A stretch of 64,000 nt of DNA from Alphaproteobacteria bacterium (GTDB taxonomy: Bacteria; Pseudomonadota; Alphaproteobacteria; Bin95): assembly GCA_964291285.2 (NCBI GenBank), contig OZ219785.1:128001-192000 (forward strand). The letters run 5' to 3'. The position numbers and the translations under genes were made by a program. Shown piece by piece: positions 22,374-30,043 of the stretch; the first letter of the stretch is position 1; every line of letters starts with the position of its first letter. The notes below the pieces were generated by a model. It did no database searches. It worked only from the letters and a program-made list of their open reading frames with translations, and was not told where the DNA came from.

Positions 22374-23300
22374 ATGACCTTCCATACCGATACCACCGAA
22401 ACCGCAGCACAGTCCGCAACCGCGATCGTCTGCGACAACGCCGCTCTCTTCGGCGCAACCCCCGAGCGCGACGAGTTCGATACCCGCGAGATCTGGGACC
22501 AGGACGAGGCCATCACCGCCGTCACCGAAGCCTTCCGCATCCTCAGCCGGGGCGTCGCGCCCGACGGATACCAGATGGCAGACGAACGCGAGAGCCTGCT
22601 CTGGGGCTTCGTCAACATGCTCCACGCCCAGACACAGCGCCTCGACCGCAGCGTCGACAAGCTCACCCCCGAACTCCAGGACCTCCAGCGCACACAGGAC
22701 GGCTCCGAGATCAGGTCCCTGGAACTGGAACTCGTGACCGACCGCGCACAGTGCCTCACCGCACGCCGCGACGCCTTCGAGACATTGCGCAACGAGGCCG
22801 CCGAAGCCTACCGCGCAGACACCGGCGACACATGGCGGCCCCGGCGCGGCAGCCACGCCAGCCAGACCGGACATCTGACCTCCGCTGCCATCGACGCCCG
22901 CGACTTCGTCCGCGCCCGAAAGGACCGCAAGACACAGGCCCACCTGCCCCAGGGAACCCTCGTCGCCATCGCCGGCGGAAAGGACATCGCAAACCCGGCA
23001 GCCGTCATCGAGCGCCTCGACAAGGTCCGCGCCAGGTATGCCGACCTCGTCCTCGTGCATGGCGGCGGTCCCGGCGTCGAGAAGATCGCGGCGCGCTGGG
23101 CCGAGCGCAACGGTGTCCACCAGGTCGTCTGCAAGCCCGACTGGGACCGCCACGGTCGCGCCGCACCCTTCCGCCGCAACGACGAACTGCTCAACCTCCT
23201 GCCGAAGGGCGTCATCGCCTTCCCCGGCTCCGGCATCACCGAGAACCTCGTCGACAAGGCCCGCAGCCTCGGCATCCCGGTGATGAAGGTAGCAGCCTGA
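22374..23300 (+). CDS. DUF2493 / YspA-type SLOG domain protein
   Basis: C-terminal VAIAGG, LVHGGGPGVEKIAARWA, AAPFRRND, IAFPGSG; helical N-terminal half. Confidence 0.82.
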   Translation: MTFHTDTTETAAQSATAIVCDNAALFGATPERDEFDTREIWDQDEAITAVTEAFRILSRGVAPDGYQMADERESLLWGFVNMLHAQTQRLDRSVDKLTPELQDLQRTQDGSEIRSLELELVTDRAQCLTARRDAFETLRNEAAEAYRADTGDTWRPRRGSHASQTGHLTSAAIDARDFVRARKDRKTQAHLPQGTLVAIAGGKDIANPAAVIERLDKVRARYADLVLVHGGGPGVEKIAARWAERNGVHQVVCKPDWDRHGRAAPFRRNDELLNLLPKGVIAFPGSGITENLVDKARSLGIPVMKVAA

Positions 23301-24203
23301 CCGCAACGCATCGCGGGCCGTGTCGTCGCTCCGGCGGCGGCACGGTCCGTTTCCTCTTTCGCACATCGATGACGCGGCAACGCCAACCTCGCGCGCTTCG
23401 CGCCGCACTCGTGCTCCGGCTTCGCCGATCGCGCTTGCGTTCCGCGTCCGCGTCACGCGCCGCTGCACCATGCTTCGCCCGGGTGCATCGCCGTCCGCGC
23501 CGATCCCGGCGCACCGCCCGCCGCACTTCCGCCAGCGTGACTGTCGACGGCACTGCCGGCGCTGCCGCCCGTCCGCTCGGCACGGTGCTTCGCACCAGTG
23601 CCCGCGCTCGCGCCGGCGAGGCCGTCCGCTCACACGCCGCGGCGGCTCCCCTCCGCCGGGTTCCCCGGCGTCGATTTCCCCATCGTGTATGCTATCCCTT
23701 CCGGCTCTGTCTCGACGGCGGAGCCGCTATTTCGTCACACCGGAACGCAGCAGGCTGCGGGGCCGCGGCACAGATTGACAGGCGCTGCCAAGCGCCGCCA
23801 GAAGGCAACAATCGAGACGGAATTGCCTTGGTCACAACGCGGACCGAGAGCAACCATTCTGGCTGCACCGAATTATCGCACTGCCGCGCAGTCCTGTCGG
23901 CCCATGCCGCGCAGAGCAATCGGACTGACTGCTCCGGCTTGCCCTTCGTATGACGACGTAATACTCTTTACGGGCAGGATGTATGCTCTTGACGTACAGG
24001 GAAACACGCCCATTCGAGGCCCGTATCCGCGGTGCGGTCGGGCGTGTCGTGACCTTCGCAACAACCCCGGCAGCGCGGCTGAGACCGACCTCACCGGCCT
24101 CGTCGAGTCACGGTTTCGACCGGGAGAGGGCCGGTGGCAGGCAATTTCGTGCAAGAAACTGCACGAAACCCTCCCGCAGAGTGACCGGGAGAAGGCAGGA
24201 GAG

Positions 24204-24590
24204 ATGGCGGGAAGCGATCGGGACAATCACCGAAGCGGGCGCAAGCGCAACGACGACCGGAGCGATGCACGCCGTCCGCGCTCGATCCGCTTCGCCGATT
24301 CCGAGTGGAGTTTGATCGAGCGAGTCGCCGCGCGGCATGGCATTTCGGCCGGCGAACTCATCCGTTCGGGCGCGCTCGCCGCCGCCGAGGGACGGCTCGG
24401 CGAGCCTCCCCCTGCTACCGTGTCGCCCGGACACCTCGCGCTCATCGAGACCACCTGGCGCATGGTCTATGTACTCGCCACCCTCAACCGGGACCGGATG
24501 CTCGACGCCGGGCGCGGCGAGGAACTCGACGACCTCGTCGCCGCAGCCCGCAGGACGATGATCGAAGCGATGAACAAAGGCCCGGCGTGA
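24204..24590 (+). CDS. Ribbon-helix-helix protein (relaxosome accessory-like)
   Basis: PRSIRFADSEWSLIERVAARHGISAGELIR. Confidence 0.7.
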   Translation: MAGSDRDNHRSGRKRNDDRSDARRPRSIRFADSEWSLIERVAARHGISAGELIRSGALAAAEGRLGEPPPATVSPGHLALIETTWRMVYVLATLNRDRMLDAGRGEELDDLVAAARRTMIEAMNKGPA

Positions 24591-24725
24591 GGTGATTTCA
24601 GGGGCGGAACATGCGCACCGCCTATCGTTGCAGGCTGATTTCTCTGCTGGTCCCGAGCTGCTCACTGATGAACCACACCATCGTTATGGCGCGGCAGCGG
24701 CATCATCGTGAGGTCGTGAGAAGCG

Positions 24726-24846
24726 AAAAGCCCCCGCTTTGAGGCGGGGGCTTGAGACACCGGTGGATGATCCTGGGACACCGAGCCCGCACGAAGGATC
24801 GATTTGCTGCGAAAAGGAAACCGACCGCTTCTCGATTTGCTACGGG
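24726..24846 (-). ncRNA. tracrRNA
   Basis: Anti-repeat 24806-24843 (GUAGCAAAUCGAGAAGCGGUCG...CGCAGC) complementary to the crRNA repeat; extended -10 TGCTAACAT at 24851-24859; terminator hairpin 24726-24753. Ends are approximate. Confidence 0.85.
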
Positions 24847-24884
24847 CACGATGTTAGCATGCGGCGCGAGTAAAGCAATGGGGA

Positions 24885-27800
24885 ATGACCTGCATGCCGC
24901 TCGTATTCGGCCTCGACATCGGCACCACCTCGGTCGGGTTCGCCGTGATCGAACACGATGCCGCGCTCGCCACGGGAACAATACACCGTCTCGGCGTCCG
25001 GATCTTTCCCGAGGCGCGCGATCCGAAAGGCGTGCCGTTTAACCAGGAACGCCGTCAGGCACGCCTTCGTCGCCGTCAACTGCGCCGCCGGCGAGAGCGC
25101 CGACGGTTGCTCGGCGATCAACTGTGCACGGCCGGATTGCTCCCATTGCGCAACTCGCCCGACTGGGGTCGGGCAATGAAGCGTGATCCCTACGAGCTAC
25201 GGAGGCGCGCTTTCGAAGGGGAGGCCCTGTCTCCGCATGAAATCGGCCGCGCCATATATCATCTTGCGCAGCGCCGCCACTTCAGGGGCCGCGACATCGA
25301 CGAGGTTTCCGACACTGCCGACGATGCAGCCGACGACGCGGACGAGAAGACCGCGACATCGGCGCGAGAGCAAACAGTTCAGGCATTGAAGCGCGAGGGC
25401 AAGACGCTAGGCGCCTGGCTCGCCGCGCGTGGACCGCATGAACGCAAGCGAGGCGAGCATGCCACGCGCGATATCGTCGAGGACGAGTTCGACGCGGTGT
25501 GGATGCCGCTCGTTCCGGAGCCATTCCGCTCCTCGGTGCGGGACGCGATCTTCGTCCAGCGGCCCGTCTTCTGGCGGCTGAACACGCTTGGCAAGTGCCG
25601 GTTCGTCCCCGACGCGCGTCTTTGTCCGAAGGGATCCTGGCTCTCGCAGCAGCGGCGCATGCTCGAGAAGCTGAACAACCTTGCGCTTGTCGGCGGCAAT
25701 CAGCGTCCTCTCGACCCCGAAGAGCGCCAGGCGATCCTCTCCAGACTGCAAACGCAGGCCTCGATGACGTGGAGAGGCGTTCAGAGGGCGCTCGCACCAC
25801 TTTATCGGGCTCGAGGCGAGCCCGGCGAAGAGAGGGCGCTCAAGTTCAACCTGCAGGAAGGCGGAGAGAAGAAACTGCTCGGCAATCCGGTCGAAGCGAA
25901 GCTGGCGGATATCTTCGGCGACGACTGGCCAAAGCATCCACGCAAGCAGGAAGTCCGGGATTCACTTCCCCAACGGATTTGGCAGGCCGACTACGAACAA
26001 GTGGGCGAGGAGCGCGTGGTAATTCTTCCCAGGGCCGAGCGTGCGGCTCGCAGGGCGGAGCTCATGCAGAATTTCGTCTCGGAATTCGGCCTGTCGGACG
26101 ATCAGGCGACCAAGATCGAGACATTGAAGCTCCCGTCAGGCTGGGAGCCCTACTCCGTTGAGGCGCTGCAGGCAATGTTGCCGCATCTCGAGGACGGGGT
26201 CAGGTTCGGAGAACTGGTCATCGGTCCGGATTGGGAGGGCTGGCGCGCCGAGACATTTCCCGGTCGGGATCAGCCAACCGGAGAAGTGTTCGACCGCCTT
26301 CCGAGTCCGGCCGAACGCGAAGAAAGGCAACACGTCGCCAGCCTGCGCAATCCGACGGTCGCACGGACGCGCAACGAGTTGCGCAAGGTGGTCAACAACC
26401 TGATCGACCTGTACGGCAAGCCCGACCTGATTCACGTCGAAGTCGCGCGCGACGTTGGCAACTCCAAGCGCCAGCGCGAAGAAAAGGCGTCCGGCATTCG
26501 CCGCCAGGAACGGCGCCGGAAGGCGGCCCGCGAAGCGCTCCAGCAAAACGGGATTGCGGAACCAGCGCGCGCGGATGTCGAAAAGTGGATGCTCTGGGAG
26601 GAGTGCGGCCACCGCTGTCCGTACACCGGGGACACGATTTCATTCGACGCCCTGTTCCGCACCGGGGACTTCGAGGTGGAGCACATCTGGCCGAGATCCC
26701 GCTCGCTCGACAACAGCTTCAGGAACAAGACCCTCTGCCGCAAGGACGTGAACCTCCGAAAGGGCAACCAGACCCCTTACGAGCTCTTCCGAAGCAACGA
26801 GGAAGAGTGGGATGCGCTTGCGAACCGGCTGGCCGGCATGAAGGCCGCCAGGGGCGGAACGGGCATGTCTCCCGGCAAGATCAGGCGGTTCCTGGCACCG
26901 TCCATCCCCGAGGATTTCGCCTCCCGGCAGTTGAACGACACCGGTTATGCCGCCCGCGATGCGGTCGCCTATCTCAAGAAGCTGTGGCCGGACCAGGGAC
27001 CGGAAGCGCCGGTGAAGGTCTTCGCCGTATCAGGACGGGTAACGGGCCACCTTCGCCGGTTGTGGCGCCTGAACAACATCCTGGCTGATGACGGCGAGAA
27101 GACCCGCGCCGATCACCGCCATCACGCGATCGATGCGCTGACGGTCGCCTGCTGCCACCCGGGGATGACGCAAAAGCTCTCGCGTTATTGGCAGGAAGAG
27201 GACGATCCCCGCGCGCCGCAGCCGCACCTTCCTCCGCCCTGGAAAACGATCCGAAGCGACGCCGAGAGGGCGGTTGCGGCCATCGTCGTGTCCCATCGCG
27301 TCCGCAGGAAGGTCTCCGGACAGCTCCACAAGGAGACGATCTACCGCGATACCGGCGAGGAAATCGCCGGCGCGCGCGGAACGACCTACCGCTATTTCGT
27401 CCGCCGCAAGGCCGTCGAAGAACTGAAGAACTCGGAGTCCGAGCGCTTCAACGGGACCAGAATCATCGACATCGTCGATGACGGCGTGCGTGACATCGTC
27501 CGCGGCTGGGTCGACAAGCATGGTGGAGATCCCAGCGCGGCGTTCGTGCACGGCTATCCCAAACGGGGCAGGAAAGGCCCGGAAATCCGCAAGGTCCGTC
27601 TGCGCGTAAAGCGGCAGATCGAACTGATGACGAAAGCCTCCACGTGCTATGCCGACCTGGGCAACAATCATCACATCGCGATCTACCAGCTGGCCGATGG
27701 AACCGTCGATTACGATGTGGTCAGCCTGCTGGAGGCATCGCGGCGCAAGGCGCGGCGCGAGCCCGTCGTCAGGAGAGATCGCGGCGACGACACGCAGTTC

Positions 27801-28025
27801 GTGATGTCGCTGGCTCCCGGCGACACATTGCAACTCACCAGGAGCGGAGAAACCGGGCTGAAGATTGTCGAAAGCGTATGGTCGGCAGGCCCGGTTGTCA
27901 TGGTCGACCATGACGATGCCGAGGGCGCGACGGTGTTTCGTCCCGGCGCCAAGACGATCGTCTCGAGCGGCGGCAAGAAGGTCTCTGTCGATCCGATCGG
28001 TCGAATCCGTCCGGCGAACGACTGA
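24885..28025 (+). CDS. cas9: Type II-C Cas9, 1046 aa
   Basis: RuvC-I GLDIGTTSVG, Arg bridge helix, RNPTV, RuvC-II IHVEVARD, HNH EVEHIWP..N..N, RuvC-III HHAIDA; catalytic residues intact. Confidence 0.97.
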   Translation: MTCMPLVFGLDIGTTSVGFAVIEHDAALATGTIHRLGVRIFPEARDPKGVPFNQERRQARLRRRQLRRRRERRRLLGDQLCTAGLLPLRNSPDWGRAMKRDPYELRRRAFEGEALSPHEIGRAIYHLAQRRHFRGRDIDEVSDTADDAADDADEKTATSAREQTVQALKREGKTLGAWLAARGPHERKRGEHATRDIVEDEFDAVWMPLVPEPFRSSVRDAIFVQRPVFWRLNTLGKCRFVPDARLCPKGSWLSQQRRMLEKLNNLALVGGNQRPLDPEERQAILSRLQTQASMTWRGVQRALAPLYRARGEPGEERALKFNLQEGGEKKLLGNPVEAKLADIFGDDWPKHPRKQEVRDSLPQRIWQADYEQVGEERVVILPRAERAARRAELMQNFVSEFGLSDDQATKIETLKLPSGWEPYSVEALQAMLPHLEDGVRFGELVIGPDWEGWRAETFPGRDQPTGEVFDRLPSPAEREERQHVASLRNPTVARTRNELRKVVNNLIDLYGKPDLIHVEVARDVGNSKRQREEKASGIRRQERRRKAAREALQQNGIAEPARADVEKWMLWEECGHRCPYTGDTISFDALFRTGDFEVEHIWPRSRSLDNSFRNKTLCRKDVNLRKGNQTPYELFRSNEEEWDALANRLAGMKAARGGTGMSPGKIRRFLAPSIPEDFASRQLNDTGYAARDAVAYLKKLWPDQGPEAPVKVFAVSGRVTGHLRRLWRLNNILADDGEKTRADHRHHAIDALTVACCHPGMTQKLSRYWQEEDDPRAPQPHLPPPWKTIRSDAERAVAAIVVSHRVRRKVSGQLHKETIYRDTGEEIAGARGTTYRYFVRRKAVEELKNSESERFNGTRIIDIVDDGVRDIVRGWVDKHGGDPSAAFVHGYPKRGRKGPEIRKVRLRVKRQIELMTKASTCYADLGNNHHIAIYQLADGTVDYDVVSLLEASRRKARREPVVRRDRGDDTQFVMSLAPGDTLQLTRSGETGLKIVESVWSAGPVVMVDHDDAEGATVFRPGAKTIVSSGGKKVSVDPIGRIRPAND

Positions 28026-28037
28026 GCTCGCCCGGCG

Positions 28038-28973
28038 ATGATCCGCAAGACCATCGAGTTTTCGACGCCCGGCACCCGCCTCTCGGTTGCACACCGGCAG
28101 CTCGTGGTCGAGCGGCCCGACCTGCCGAAGGCGACCCTTCCGATCGAGGATCTCGGCGTGGTCATCGTGGACGACACTCGGGCGACCTACACGCAGTCCG
28201 TCTTTCTGTCGCTTCTGGAAGCCGGTGCAACCGTGCTGGTCACCGGCCGCGATCATCTCCCCGCCGGAATGATGCTTCCGCTCGACGCGCATCACGTTCA
28301 GACGGAACGTCACCGGGCCCAGGTCGAGACCAGCGCGCCGGTCCGCAAGCGCGCCTGGCAGACGATCGTGCGGGCCAAGATCGTTCAGCAGGCCACCGTG
28401 CTCTCCCATTTCACCGGAAATCACGGCGGCCTCGTTCCAATGGCTCGCCGGGTTCGCTCGGGCGATCCCGACAATCTTGAGGCCCAGGCTGCGCAGAGAT
28501 ACTGGCCGCGCCTGTTCGGCAAGACCTTCCGCCGCGACCGCGAAGCCGAGGGTGTCAACGCGCTCCTGAACTACGGCTATGCCGTCGTCCGGGCGGCGGT
28601 GGCCCGTGCGGTGGTCGCGGCCGGCTTGATTCCCTCTCTCGGAGTTCACCATCGGCATCGCAACAATCCGTTCTGTCTTGCGGATGATCTGTTGGAGCCG
28701 TACCGCCCCTACGTCGACTGGCGGGTCCGTCAAATGGCCGGCGACCATGCCGAGGCCGCGCCCGATCTGTCCGAACGGAAGACCCGCGCCGAACTTCTCT
28801 CCTTGCTCAACGAAACCGTGCACGTCGGCGGGCGCCGCGAACCCTTGATGCTCGCTTTCCATGCCAGTGCAGCCTCTCTGTGCCGAACGCTCACTGGCGG
28901 CGACCGCACTCTGGCGCTTCCGGAAGGACTCCCGGTGGAGCCCGATCTGGTCGACACCGCCGAGATCGGTTGA
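28038..28973 (+). CDS. cas1: Cas1 (type II)
   Basis: SGDPDNLEAQAAQRYW, NALLNYGYAV, GVHH, LADDLLEPYRP. Confidence 0.96.
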   Translation: MIRKTIEFSTPGTRLSVAHRQLVVERPDLPKATLPIEDLGVVIVDDTRATYTQSVFLSLLEAGATVLVTGRDHLPAGMMLPLDAHHVQTERHRAQVETSAPVRKRAWQTIVRAKIVQQATVLSHFTGNHGGLVPMARRVRSGDPDNLEAQAAQRYWPRLFGKTFRRDREAEGVNALLNYGYAVVRAAVARAVVAAGLIPSLGVHHRHRNNPFCLADDLLEPYRPYVDWRVRQMAGDHAEAAPDLSERKTRAELLSLLNETVHVGGRREPLMLAFHASAASLCRTLTGGDRTLALPEGLPVEPDLVDTAEIG

Positions 28974-29023
28974 GCCCGCTGCGGGGGGGGGGGGTGAAAG
29001 CAATTCCATGGGGCTGGCGCACG

Positions 29024-29329
29024 ATGTGGGTAATCGCGATGTTTGACCTGCCCACCGACACGCCGAAGGCGCGCAGGGCCTATACGAGATTCCGCAAGGG
29101 TCTGCTCAACGACGGCTTCACGATGATGCAGTACTCGGTTTACATTCGGCACTGTGCATCGATCGAGAACGCCAAAGTTCACGCGACCAGAATGGGTCGT
29201 CGGGTGCCCTCGGCCGGAGAGGTCCGGTTCCTGACGATCACCGACAAGCAGTTCGGCCGCATGGAAACCTATGTCGGGAAAACCCGCGAGGCACCACCGA
29301 ATCCGCCCGCCCAGCTGGAATTTTTCTGA
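29024..29329 (+). CDS. cas2: Cas2 (start may be TTG 28970 or GTG 28994)
   Basis: MFDLPT, FRKGLLNDGFTMMQYSVY, ITDKQF; no csn2 or cas4 follows, consistent with II-C. Confidence 0.95.
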   Translation: MWVIAMFDLPTDTPKARRAYTRFRKGLLNDGFTMMQYSVYIRHCASIENAKVHATRMGRRVPSAGEVRFLTITDKQFGRMETYVGKTREAPPNPPAQLEFF

Positions 29330-29379
29330 CCAGTGGGCGGACGAAAACGACGTTCATTCAATGCCCTACGTCGAGGGAA

Positions 29380-30006
29380 ACTGTAGCAAATCGAGAAGCG
29401 GCCGCAATCCGCAGCCTGGAGATCAGGGAACAGGGCAGCATGTTACTGTAGCAAATCGAGAAGCGGCCGCAATCCGCAGCGTGAAGTCGTTGTCGCGCCA
29501 TTGAGGCTGCACTGTAGCAAATCGAGAAGCGGCCGCAATCCGCAGCGAGCGGCACGTCGGTGAATGCGCTGTGCCAACTGTAGCAAATCGAGAAGCGGCC
29601 GCAATCCGCAGCCGCAGCCACCTCCATTCCGCGTTCGAGCGACTGTAGCAAATCGAGAAGCGGCCGCAATCCGCAGCCAGCAGGGAACCGGATTGCGGAG
29701 GGCAAAACTGTAGCAAATCGAGAAGCGGCCGCAATCCGCAGCCAGAATGCGACAGATACCGATCTTGCCGGTACTGTAGCAAATCGAGAAGCGGCCGCAA
29801 TCCGCAGCGCGCGCTGGTGAAGCGTGTCGCGCGGCGTCACTGTAGCAAATCGAGAAGCGGCCGCAATCCGCAGCGGGATGGTGGGGCGCCCGAAGACGAC
29901 GGCCACTGTAGCAAATCGAGAAGCGGCCGCAATCCGCAGCTCAAGGAGGGCGGCTCTTCGTCTTCCGTATACTGTAGCAAATCGAGAAGCGGCCGCAATC
30001 CGCAGC
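29380..30006 (-). CRISPR. CRISPR array: 10 identical 36-bp repeats, 9 spacers of 29-30 bp
   Basis: + strand repeat ACTGTAGCAAATCGAGAAGCGGCCGCAATCCGCAGC at 29380, 29445, 29511, 29577, 29642, 29707, 29773, 29839, 29905, 29971. Orientation inferred from tracrRNA complementarity. Confidence 0.98.
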
Positions 30007-30043
30007 GGAAGCACTGGCATGAATTGGCCAAGACGCCACCATT

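Noticed and set aside
23301-24203. Exact oriT/nic site, and the N-terminal extension of ORF 23598-24590
   Set aside because: No nic consensus could be recognised with confidence; the real gene appears to start at 24204.
29380-30006. Self-targeting spacers
   Set aside because: No match noticed by eye within the window; this is not exhaustive and needs an alignment.
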